Assembly: GCA_963798845.1 (NCBI GenBank)
Contig: CAWCUS010000006.1
Coordinates: 1,295,060 to 1,359,059 of the forward strand
Source of the DNA: an uncultured Gemmatimonadales bacterium
GTDB taxonomy: Bacteria; Gemmatimonadota; Gemmatimonadetes; Longimicrobiales; RSA9
DNA: 64,000 bases
Direction of reading: 5' to 3'
The translations under genes and the position numbers were made by a program. Every line of letters starts with the position of its first letter. Position 1 is the stretch's first letter. This document shows positions 1 to 8,846 of the stretch, in pieces. Under the pieces are notes generated by a model, which saw only the letters and a program-made list of their open reading frames with translations, did no database searches and was not told where the DNA came from.

Positions 1-261
1 GGGCTGGCCATCGACGAAAGCCTGACCCGCCTGAACGCGGTGAAGCAGGCCATGTCCTTCGCCGTGAACGTCGCGGCCGCGCTGCTCTTCGTCTTCTCCG
101 GGGAAACCGTGTGGGTGGCCGCCGGCGTCATGGCGGTGGGCGCCATCGTCGGCGGCGTGGCGGGCGGACGGCTGGCGAGCCGGGTGAAGCCGAAGACGCT
201 GCGCCGGGTCGTCGTCGCCATCGGGGTGATCGTGGCGGCCATCTACTTCGCGAAAGGGTGA
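1..261 (+). CDS. TSUP (TauE/SafE) family membrane transporter, C-terminal part (5' truncated by window)
   Basis: Open frame from base 1 ([23 protein letters not shown]...), hydrophobic helices, [22 protein letters not shown] typical of TauE C-terminus. Confidence 0.75.
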   Translation, partial: GLAIDESLTRLNAVKQAMSFAVNVAAALLFVFSGETVWVAAGVMAVGAIVGGVAGGRLASRVKPKTLRRVVVAIGVIVAAIYFAKG

Positions 262-265
262 GCCC

Positions 266-1141
266 GTGGAGAACGCCTACGCGGACCCGCAGCGCGCCGA
301 AGCCTACGCCTCCCTCGCCTTCCCGGGGACGTACCACCTGGCGTTCCGCGACCTGCCCGGCCTCCTCGCCGACGAGGTCCGGGGCACACGGGCGCTGGAC
401 TTCGGCTGCGGCGCCGGGCGATCCACTCGCTTCCTGCGCGGGCTCGGCTACGACGTCGTGGGCGTGGACATCGCCCCGGCCATGCTGGACAGAGCCCGGC
501 AGCTGGATCCAGCAGGCGACTATCGCCTGTTCGACGACGACCCGCGCAGCCTCCCGCCCGGCCCCTTCGACCTGGTCCTGGCCGCGTTCCCGTTCGACAA
601 CATCCCGGACGTGGCGCACCGGGTGGACCTGCTGCGGGGGCTCCGGGAGCGGATGCGCACCGGAAACGGTGCCGGGGATGCGGCGCCGGGGAGTCGCGCC
701 GGGGATTTGGCGCCGGGGAGTCGCGCCGGGGATTCGGCGTCGGGGAGTCGCGCGGAGGATTCGGCGCCGGAGAGTCGCGCGGAGGATTCGGCGCCGGAGA
801 GTCGCGCCGGGGATTCGGCGTCGGGGAGTCGGCTGGTGCTGATCGCGTCGTCGCCCGAGCTGTACGTGAACGAGTGGGCCACGTTCACCACTGCCGCGTT
901 CCCGGAGAACGCGCGCGCGAGGAGCGGAGAGACGGTGCGGATCGTGGTGAAGGTGGGTGGCGACCCGCGCCCGGTCGAGGACCTGCTCTGGCGCGACGAC
1001 GACTACACGGCTGCCTTCACCGCAGCGGGGCTCGCGCCGCGTTTCATCCATCGCCCCCTCGGCCGTCCCGACGACGGTTATCCGTGGCTCGCCGAGACTC
1101 GCATCCCGCCGTGGGCCCTCCACGTCGCCGCGCCGGCATGA
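266..1141 (+). CDS. Class I SAM-dependent methyltransferase with in-frame repeat insertion
   Basis: ALDFGCGAG motif I, VGVDI motif II, FDLV motif. Confidence 0.85.
   Translation: MENAYADPQRAEAYASLAFPGTYHLAFRDLPGLLADEVRGTRALDFGCGAGRSTRFLRGLGYDVVGVDIAPAMLDRARQLDPAGDYRLFDDDPRSLPPGPFDLVLAAFPFDNIPDVAHRVDLLRGLRERMRTGNGAGDAAPGSRAGDLAPGSRAGDSASGSRAEDSAPESRAEDSAPESRAGDSASGSRLVLIASSPELYVNEWATFTTAAFPENARARSGETVRIVVKVGGDPRPVEDLLWRDDDYTAAFTAAGLAPRFIHRPLGRPDDGYPWLAETRIPPWALHVAAPA
671..832 (+). repeat. 27-bp tandem repeat x6 inside methyltransferase (encodes AGDSAPGSR-like nonamers)
   Basis: Units like gccggggattcggcgtcggggagtcgc read directly at 27-bp period. Confidence 0.9.
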
Positions 1142-1221
1142 CCGGGAGACGACCATCGAGGGGCGCGGGGAGCGCCGGTGAGGTGCCAGGCGGTGGCCAG
1201 GCGGTCCCCAGGCGGTGAGCT

Positions 1222-2343
1222 CTAGGTGAGGACTGCGCTCTCCCGATCGGGCAGCGCCCCGGCTGGCACGCCTTCGAGGCCGCGGGCGTGGTGCAGCCAC
1301 GCCACCCAGACGCCGAAGATGACCATGGCCGTGGCCTGGTGCGTTACGGCGACGGGGATGGGAACCACCAGCAGAAGCGTGGTCACGCCCAGCAGGTACT
1401 GCACGGCCACGAGGCTCAGGAAGAGGGCGGCGTAGCCCCGCGTCGCGGCGTCGACGCCGGCCCGGCGAACCACGAGGAAGACGCCGAGCACGGCCAGGAG
1501 CAGGAGCGTGCCGAGGACCCGGTGCATCCACTGCACGCCGATCGGATTCTGGACCAGGTTCAGGATCGTGGGCTCGAGCCAGTACAGGCTGGGCGGGATG
1601 AGGTGCCCCTCCATGAGGGGGAATGTGTTGTCGTAGCGGCCCGCCTTGAGCCCGGCCGTGAACGCGCCCCAGATCACCTGGAGCGCCAGCACGACCCCCA
1701 GCACACCCACGCTCCGGACGACCCGCCGCCGCTCGTGCGCAGGGACCGCTTGCCGATCCGGACCCACCGCGAGCTCACGGGCGAGCCAGATGGAAAAGCC
1801 GAAGATGGTGAACGCGAGGCTCAGGTGCGCGGCCAGGCGGTAATGGCTCACGCTGGGCCGGTCCACCAGCCCGCTCGCCACCATCAGCCACCCCATCACC
1901 CCCTGGCCCAGGCCCAGGCCAAACAGCACCAGCGCCCGCGTGGCCAGCGGACGGTTGAAGTAGCCGCGCATCCAGAAGAGCAGGAAGGGGACGAGGAAGA
2001 CGAGGCCGATGCTCCGGGCCAGCAGCCGGTGCAGGTACTCCCACAGGAAGATGTACTGGAACTGGCCCAGCGTCATCCCCCGCCGCAGCTGCCGGTACTC
2101 GGGGAACTGCTGGTAGCGCTCGAACGCCGCGACCCAGTGTGCGTGGTCCAGCGGCGGGATCACGCCCATGATCGGATCCCAGTTCACGATGGACAGCCCC
2201 GAGTGCGTCAGCCGGGTGATTCCGCCCACCACCAGCACGCTGAACGTCATCGCGGCCACGGCCCAGAACCAGGTGCGCAGGTGCGCGCGGCGCTCCTCCG
2301 GTATGTCGAGGCGCCAGTCCGTGGAGGCGGGGGGGGCGGTCAT
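1222..2343 (-). CDS. ctaA: Heme A synthase (COX15/CtaA type 2)
   Basis: GGITRLTHSGLSIVNW, WEYLHRLLAR, RLAAHL, QWMHR, HQ motifs; start taken at ATG 2343. Confidence 0.92.
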   Translation of the reverse strand: MTAPPASTDWRLDIPEERRAHLRTWFWAVAAMTFSVLVVGGITRLTHSGLSIVNWDPIMGVIPPLDHAHWVAAFERYQQFPEYRQLRRGMTLGQFQYIFLWEYLHRLLARSIGLVFLVPFLLFWMRGYFNRPLATRALVLFGLGLGQGVMGWLMVASGLVDRPSVSHYRLAAHLSLAFTIFGFSIWLARELAVGPDRQAVPAHERRRVVRSVGVLGVVLALQVIWGAFTAGLKAGRYDNTFPLMEGHLIPPSLYWLEPTILNLVQNPIGVQWMHRVLGTLLLLAVLGVFLVVRRAGVDAATRGYAALFLSLVAVQYLLGVTTLLLVVPIPVAVTHQATAMVIFGVWVAWLHHARGLEGVPAGALPDRESAVLT

Positions 2344-2351
2344 AGGGTGAT

Positions 2352-2525
2352 CGGACCTGGTACCACAATCCACATTCTCGCGTGCAGACGGCTGGACGAC
2401 CGGTCCGCCGACGGCGGCGATGATGCCCACTGCCGCATATGGACCGCGTTCCTGGCCGATTTCATGGCGCGTCGGGCCACCCGCATGTCTCGTTCGGACG
2501 AATGTGGATTGTGGTACCAGGTCCG
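2352..2525. repeat. 174-bp element bounded by perfect 26-bp inverted repeats (MITE-like)
   Basis: cggacctggtaccacaatccacattc (2352-2377) is the exact reverse complement of 2500-2525. Confidence 0.85.
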
Positions 2526-2532
2526 CAACGAA

Positions 2533-4186
2533 TTACACCACGTCACCCGTCCGCCCCGCCACGGCTGCCTGGATCTCCGTCATCTTCGTCTCGCCTCGGC
2601 GCATCAGTACGCCCGCGCGCTCCGCCATCTCCTTCCGGAATGCCTCGTCCTTGATGTCGCCGGCGTTGATCAGGACGTTGCGGTGCGCGCCGTAGAGACA
2701 CGCCTCCAGCGCCTTGGCGCCCACTTCCAGGTCGGAGCGGGACGAGTACTGGCCGATCCTGGCCAGCTCGAGCATCGGGTCCCACGCGCGGTCCACCAGC
2801 TCCATGGTGTGGAACGGGACCAGCGTCGCCTTCTTCAGCCCCTCCTGCATGGCGTCACGCCGCTTCGCCTTCTGCTGGTCCGTCTCCTTCGGCATCTCGA
2901 AGTGCGGCCATGAAGTCGCCGAACGCGTCGGTGTCTGCGTCGATCATGCGGAGCAGCTCCTCCTGGAGCTCGACGAGTGGTGGCAGGTGCTCGCGCACGG
3001 CCGAGTCCAGCTTCTCGTACTTGCGACGTCCGTACGTCAGCCACCCGACCATGGCCCCCAGCGCGGCCCCGAGCGCGCCCATGAGCGCGGCCACCGAGCC
3101 GCCGCCCGGCGCGGAGCTGCGCGCGCCCACGGCCTCCACGAAGCCGCGGACTGTCTTGCGGATGAGCGGGCCGTCCTCCTCGCCCTCGATCATGTACTCG
3201 ATGATCTTCTCGTCCGGGTCGAACGGGCGCACGGAGCTGAGTCCGAGGCGGTCGATGGCGAGGCGGAGCTTCTGGCGCTCGCCGAGCACGAATAGGTTCT
3301 CCTTCTCCATGTAATGCTCGGCCGCCATGAGGATCGCCTCCAGCGGGACGAGCCCCACCACCTCGCTCCCGGCGATCCCCACGTCCAGCCCGGCCGCATC
3401 CCGCTTGATGGCCTCGAACACCTCGTGCATCGGGGTGACCCGGTAGTTGTCGAGGTTCATCGACACCTGGGCGATCCCGAACTCCTCCAGCTCCCAGCCG
3501 ATGGCCTTCACTTTCTCGAAATAGCCCGGCTGCCGCACCGGCTCGCCGTCCGGGCCCTTCACGGTCCGTCCCTGCTCCCGGACGTTCAGAGCGAGGCGGT
3601 GCGCCTGGTTGCGGGTGCCCAGCACGTTCACGTTGTACGCGATCAGGAAGAAGCGCGCGCCGGTCACCGTGGCGCCCGACTTCTCCACGAACTCTGGCGG
3701 GCCGAAGTCCGGCTCCCACTCCGGGGCGACGACCCGCTCGGCCAGCCCCTCGTACTCCCCGTGACGGATCTGCGCCAGCGCTTTCCTATGCTCCTTCGGC
3801 TGCGCTTCCTCGTAGAGGTAAACCGGCACGCCCAGCTCTTCGCCCACTCGCTTTCCGAAGCGCTTCGACAGCTCGACGCACTCCTCCATCGTCACTTCGG
3901 ACACCGGGATGAACGGGACCACGTCCACCGCACCCATGCGCGGGTGCTCGCCCTTCTGCTTCCGCATGTCTATGAGGCGGTACGCCGTCCTCGCCGCCTC
4001 GAACGCCGCCTCCACAACCGCGTCCGGTTCCCCCACGATGGTCATCACGGTCCGGTTCGTGGACTCGCCGGGGTCCACGTCCAGCAGCGTGGCGCCCTCC
4101 ACGGCGCGGATGCTGTCGGCTATGGCGTCGATGACCTCCTGGTCACGACCCTCGGAAAAGTTCGGAACACATTCGACTAGACGCAT
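2533..4186 (-). CDS. ftcD: Bifunctional glutamate formimidoyltransferase / formiminotetrahydrofolate cyclodeaminase; one frameshift near 2897
   Basis: MRLVECVPNFSEGRD N-terminus, GEHPRMGAVDVVPF, APGGGSVAAL cyclodeaminase motif; C-terminus (MPKET...EGLK...NVLIN) continues in ORF 2533-2895 after removing one base. Confidence 0.9.
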
Positions 4187-4359
4187 CGGATCCTATGGCT
4201 CGGTTCAGGTTGTGCCGCCCCGTCGAAACGGGGCCGCGCGGTCGCGCCGGCCGGCCCCGGTCTTTCTGCCGGCAACGCGTCGGATGTAGCGGAGGTGCCG
4301 GTGGGGTGCAAGCGGCGGCAGGCGGCAGGTGGCGGGCCGGAGGGCGGCAGGTGGAGGTC

Positions 4360-4449
4360 GGCGGGTGGCGGGTGGCGGGTGGCGGGTGGCGGGTGGCGGG
4401 CGGCGCGGGCAGCGGGCGCCAGGCGGCGGGTGGCGGGTGGCGGGTGGCG
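4360..4449. repeat. (GGCGGGT)n heptamer tracts
   Basis: About 6 copies at 4360-4400 and 3-4 copies at 4425-4449. Confidence 0.85.
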
Positions 4450-4634
4450 GCGGCGTGGGAGGCGGGCGCCGTCATTCGTACAATGGACCAACGGGTGGAG
4501 GGGGTTGAACGACGGACGGGGGATATTGGCGTGGATCGTTCAATGGGTGGAGTCAGAAGCGTTCATTGAACGTTCTCCGGCAGATATCGACGTGGACCGT
4601 ACCAGGCACATCCGAAAGGCATTCATTGTTCAGG

Positions 4635-4720
4635 CGACGTCAGCGAGCACCTCGCCCGCGACGTCAGCGAGCGCATCGCCAAACGACGTCAGCGAATGCT
4701 TCGCCAACGACGTCATCGGC
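4635..4720. repeat. 24-25 bp tandem repeat x4 with core CGACGTCA(G/T)CG
   Basis: Core starts at 4635, 4659, 4684, 4708. Confidence 0.8.
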
Positions 4721-4950
4721 GCTCTTTCCGCCTCGGGCGGGGCAGCTCGCGCCAGTGGCGGCCGTAGAGCCACTCGTCGAGCCGGTACAGGGGGCGGGCG
4801 AGGAAGGGGGCGCGCTTGAGGAGCAGGCGAACCGTCCCGGTGACGCGCGCCATGCGCGCGAACATGGTGTCGCGCTCGTCCACGCGCTCCAGGCTGGCAC
4901 TGGCCCCGCGGCCCCTGGGATGCATGCCGAACAATGGCCGCCGGCGCATG
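4713..4950 (-). pseudogene. Possible internally deleted remnant of a reductive-dehalogenase-like 4Fe-4S protein
   Basis: ERVDERDTMFAR joined directly to VRLLLKRAPFLARPLYRLDEWLYGR; resemblance from memory only. Confidence 0.3.
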
Positions 4951-5018
4951 CCGGCACCAGGGGCTCCGGCACTCCGGCCACGTGGCTCTTGAGTGGAAGC
5001 GGCCCGGTGGCCTATCGT

Positions 5019-5155
5019 TCCGACGGCGCGGCTGCCAGGCACCCCGTCCGACGGCGCGGCTGCAAGGCGAGGTCCGTCCGCGGCGCGGCTGCCGGGCCAG
5101 GTCCGTCCGCGGCGCGGCTGCCGGGCGAGGTCCGTCCGCGGCGCAGCTGCCGGAC
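5019..5155. repeat. 28-30 bp imperfect tandem repeat x5
   Basis: Unit like tccgcggcgcggctgccgggcgaggtccg. Confidence 0.8.
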
Positions 5156-5243
5156 AACGCCTGTCCGCGACCCGCGGCCACGGTGGCCGCCCGTGCCCGA
5201 CGCTCCCGACCGCGGGACGCCGATCCTCCATCGGAGACCTGCC

Positions 5244-6431
5244 ATGGAACGTCGCTTCTTCCTCCGCACGGGGCTCGCGGCCACGGCCGCTGCGACGCTG
5301 GGCGTTCGCCCCGCATCCGCGCTCGCGAACGCACTCGGGATGTCACCGGAGCCGGTCCGTGGCGGGTGGCCCGGCGGGGCCGGCACGGCCACGCTCCGCC
5401 CGCTCCAGGCCGGCCCGCTGCGTTTGAACTCCAATGAGAACGCGCTCGGACCGTCGGAATCTGCGAGGCGGGCGATGGTGGCCGCGCTCGGGATATCGAA
5501 CCGCTACACCCACCCGGTGGTCGCGGAGTTCCGCCCGAAGCTGGCGGCGTACCACGGCGTGCCGGAGGACGCGCTGGTCCTGGGCAACGGGTCGACGGAA
5601 GTGCTCCAGATGGCGGTGCAGGCGCTGGCGCCAGATGGCCGCATCATCGTGGCCGATCCGACGTTCGAGCACGTTGCCGATTACGCCGAGCCGTTCGGGT
5701 TGGAGGTAGTGAAGGTCCCGTTGACGGCGGAGCACGCCCACGACCTGGAGCGGATGCGAGCCGCGGCCCTGGGCGCGGCCCGGCTCGGCCGCCGGTCCCT
5801 GGTCTACATCTGCAACCCGAACAACCCGACCGGGAGCCTCACGCCCGGGGTGGACGTGGAGGCGTGGATCCGGGAGGCTGGCGGCGACGTCGTCTTCCTG
5901 GTCGACGAGGCGTACTCCGACTACGTGGACGACGCGTCGTACCGGACGTCGATCCCGCTCGCGCTGTCCCGGCCGAACGTGGTGGTGGCCAGGACGTTCT
6001 CGAAGGTGCATGGCCTGGCCGGACTTCGCCTCGGCTACGGCATCGCGCACACCGACACGGCGAAGCGGATCCGGGCGTTCAGCGCCAGCAGCAACCTGAA
6101 CGTCATGGCGCTGAGCGCGGCCGCGGCGTCGCTGGCCGACACGGCCTGGATCGAGCGGTCGCTGGCTTCGAACCGGGAGGCGGCGCGCATCACCTGCGCA
6201 GCGCTCGATGAGCTGGGGCTCGAGCGGATCCCGAGCCAGGGCAACTTCGTCATGCACCGCGTCCCCGGCGGCCAGGACGACTACATCCGGCGCATGCGCG
6301 AGCGCGACGTGTGGGTCGGGCGTCCCTTCCCGCCCATGCTCGGCTTCAACCGCCTGTCCTTCGGGCTGCCGGCGGAGATGGAGCGGTGGGCGGAGGTCCT
6401 GCGGGAATTCCGGCGCCAGGCCTGGGTCTGA
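5244..6431 (+). CDS. HisC-like class I/II PLP aminotransferase with twin-arginine signal
   Basis: GGAGA RBS; MERRFFLR TAT motif; LNSNEN, CNPNNPTG, DEAY, RTFSKVHGLAGLRLGY. Confidence 0.9.
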   Translation: MERRFFLRTGLAATAAATLGVRPASALANALGMSPEPVRGGWPGGAGTATLRPLQAGPLRLNSNENALGPSESARRAMVAALGISNRYTHPVVAEFRPKLAAYHGVPEDALVLGNGSTEVLQMAVQALAPDGRIIVADPTFEHVADYAEPFGLEVVKVPLTAEHAHDLERMRAAALGAARLGRRSLVYICNPNNPTGSLTPGVDVEAWIREAGGDVVFLVDEAYSDYVDDASYRTSIPLALSRPNVVVARTFSKVHGLAGLRLGYGIAHTDTAKRIRAFSASSNLNVMALSAAAASLADTAWIERSLASNREAARITCAALDELGLERIPSQGNFVMHRVPGGQDDYIRRMRERDVWVGRPFPPMLGFNRLSFGLPAEMERWAEVLREFRRQAWV

Positions 6432-6443
6432 GCCGGACCTCGC

Positions 6444-6815
6444 TCAGTCCTCGCGCTCGCTCTCCGGCTCCGTGGCGGGCGGGAAGGCTCGCGATTCATC
6501 CTCATCGATGTCGATGAAGCCATCGCGGATCAGGAGGTCCTCGATCGCCGCAAGCGCCATGTCGCGGCGGTCGGGCGAGCGGTCGCCCGGACGGTCCCCC
6601 ACGCTCCCCATCCGGTCCCCGGCGGCGCCCAGGGCATCGGCCGGGTCTTCGGACGCGGTGCGCACCGTGTCGTCGATCTCGACGACATTGCGCAGCACGT
6701 GCTCGCGCGCTTCCCTGCGACGCTCCTCCGGCCAGTCGCCCCCGCCCGTGGGCTCGTAGGCATCGAGAACCTCGTCGATGTCGGCCTCCTGGATCTCGTA
6801 CGGCACCGGCTCCAT
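6444..6815 (-). CDS. Hypothetical acidic protein
   Basis: GGAGG RBS before ATG, normal high-GC codon pattern. Confidence 0.7.
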   Translation of the reverse strand: MEPVPYEIQEADIDEVLDAYEPTGGGDWPEERRREAREHVLRNVVEIDDTVRTASEDPADALGAAGDRMGSVGDRPGDRSPDRRDMALAAIEDLLIRDGFIDIDEDESRAFPPATEPESERED

Positions 6816-6905
6816 GGATCCCTCCGCACTTCAGGTCACTTGTTCCCCACGTCCGTGGAGAAATGCGAGGACTGTGCCGGGCGGACGGGGAGGTGCCGAA
6901 CGCAG

Positions 6906-6940
6906 AACGGCCGCCCCGGGACGAACCCGGGGCGGCCGTT
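6906..6940 (-). terminator. Hairpin downstream of cold-shock gene
   Basis: 15-bp perfect stem aacggccgccccggg / cccggggcggccgtt; weak U-tract. Confidence 0.7.
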
Positions 6941-6960
6941 GTTGCGATCGCCTGATGAGG

Positions 6961-7167
6961 TCAGATCGGTACGACGTTCTCGGCCGCCGGGCCCTTCTGG
7001 CCCTGCACGACGTCGAACTCCACCTGCTGCCCCTCGGCCAGGGACTTGAAGCCCTGGGCCTGGATTGCGCTGTGGTGGACGAAGCAGTCCTTGCCGCCGT
7101 TCTCCGGCGTGATGAAGCCGAAGCCCTTGTCGTCGTTGAACCACTTCACGGTGCCTTTGGTACGCAT
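6961..7167 (-). CDS. csp: Cold-shock protein (CspA family)
   Basis: [15 protein letters not shown] (RNP1), FVHHSAI (RNP2). Confidence 0.97.
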   Translation of the reverse strand: MRTKGTVKWFNDDKGFGFITPENGGKDCFVHHSAIQAQGFKSLAEGQQVEFDVVQGQKGPAAENVVPI

Positions 7168-7326
7168 TAACCGTACTCCCTGTGTGTTCCGGTGCCCTCG
7201 GGGGTATCGGTATTTCCGTACCTCACGAACTCACCTTACTCTGGCGGGATACAAAAAGGCCCGGGCGGTAGAGCCCAGGTCCTGTTTACCTGCTCCGGAC
7301 TCGTGCCGGAGTTCTCGCCAGCGAAC

Positions 7327-7355
7327 AATCTCGCGCAACAGGCGGCGCGCGTCAA
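7327..7355 (-). promoter_or_regulatory. Putative sigma70 promoter of csp, implying a long (~150 nt) 5' UTR
   Basis: TTGACG-N17-GAGATT on minus strand. Confidence 0.5.
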
Positions 7356-7376
7356 GGGGCGGGTCCAGATCCGCTC

Positions 7377-8846
7377 CTACGCCTTCCGGATGCCGAACCC
7401 TGTGAACCGGTACGTGGCCGCGATCGTGAGGGAGAAGATGGGGCCGCCGTAGCAGAAGACGGCCCACGGGAGGTAGTGGACCGTGGGCACGCCGAGGGTC
7501 GTCGCCATGAAGACGGCGGAGACGGTCCAGGGCATGATCGGCTCGGTGAGGGTGACGGAGTCCTCGAGGGAGCGCGAGAGATTGACGTGGGCCAGGCCCC
7601 GGTCGTCATAGGCTTTCTGGAAGAGGCCGCCCACCACCAGCGCCGTCACACCGCCGTGGCTGGTGAGGGCGATCATGGTGGCGCCCGCGGCCATGGTGGA
7701 CGCGATCAGGCCGAACACGCCGCGCACCGCGCCGAGCATGGCGTCGATCAGCCGCTCCAGCGCGCCGTAGCTCTCCATGGCGCCCGCGAGCAGGAACGCC
7801 GCGAAGACGATGACCAGCGTCGTGGCCATGCTGAACAACCCGCCCCGGTCCACGAGCGTGGCGACCCGGGGATCGAGCGCGGCCGCGGACCGCTCCAGCA
7901 TGTCGGGGTGGACCCCCGAGACGGCGGCGGCCAGGGCGTCGCCCACGGTGAAGTGCTGGAGTCCGATCGCGAGCGCCACCGCCACCACGGACGACGCGGC
8001 GATCGCCAGCGCGGGCGGAGTCCGTCGCACGATCCCCCAGAGGACGACGGCGGGCGGGAGCAGCACCCAGGGGCTGAGCCGGAACAGCCGTTCCAGCTGC
8101 GCCAGGAACGCGTCGGCTTCCGGCGGCGGGGCCCCGGCCGAGCCGCCGGCGAGCGTGAACACCACGAGGCACGCGATGAAGGAGGGCGTGGCCGTGTACA
8201 TCATGTGCCGGATGTGGCCGAACAGCGGCGCATCCGCGCCGATGGCGGCGATGTTCGTCATGTCCGAGAGCGGCGACATCTTGTCGCCCAGGTACGCGCC
8301 CGAGACCACCGCCCCGGCCGTGGCGGCAACCGGCGCCCCCAGTGCCGCGGCGGTCCCCATGAGCGCGACGCCGATGGTCCCCGCCGATCCCCAGGAAGTG
8401 CCCGTGAACAGGGACATCACGGCCGTGGCCAGGAACGCGGTCAGGATCAGGTAGCGCGGGCTGATCAGCCGCACGCCCCAGTAGACCATGTACGGGATCG
8501 TCCCGGCCAGCATCCAGGTCGCGATGAGCAGCCCGATGGCCAGCAGGATCAGGAGCGCCGGGAGCACCTCGGCGATCTTCCGCCCGGTCGCCGCCTGTAT
8601 CGCGTCCCACCCCACGCCGTAGCGCCTGGCGACGGCCCCCGCCACCGTCGTCGCGCCCAGCAGCACAACCACCAGCAGCTCGCCGCGGAAGCCGGGGCCG
8701 AAGGCCACGGCCGCGAACAGGGCCAGCATCGCCACGATCGGGAGCGTGGCCTCGAAGAGCGTGGGGACCGGAACGGCCCGGCCCTCGGGCGTCGTGCCGG
8801 CGGCGGTGCTCGGATGCGAATTCGAGCTCGGACTCGAGCCCGTCAC
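7377..8846 (-). CDS. nhaC: NhaC family Na+/H+ antiporter / amino acid transporter
   Basis: TGTSWGSAGTIG, SGAYLGDKMSPLSD, LSRSLED motifs. Confidence 0.9.
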   Translation of the reverse strand: MTGSSPSSNSHPSTAAGTTPEGRAVPVPTLFEATLPIVAMLALFAAVAFGPGFRGELLVVVLLGATTVAGAVARRYGVGWDAIQAATGRKIAEVLPALLILLAIGLLIATWMLAGTIPYMVYWGVRLISPRYLILTAFLATAVMSLFTGTSWGSAGTIGVALMGTAAALGAPVAATAGAVVSGAYLGDKMSPLSDMTNIAAIGADAPLFGHIRHMMYTATPSFIACLVVFTLAGGSAGAPPPEADAFLAQLERLFRLSPWVLLPPAVVLWGIVRRTPPALAIAASSVVAVALAIGLQHFTVGDALAAAVSGVHPDMLERSAAALDPRVATLVDRGGLFSMATTLVIVFAAFLLAGAMESYGALERLIDAMLGAVRGVFGLIASTMAAGATMIALTSHGGVTALVVGGLFQKAYDDRGLAHVNLSRSLEDSVTLTEPIMPWTVSAVFMATTLGVPTVHYLPWAVFCYGGPIFSLTIAATYRFTGFGIRKA

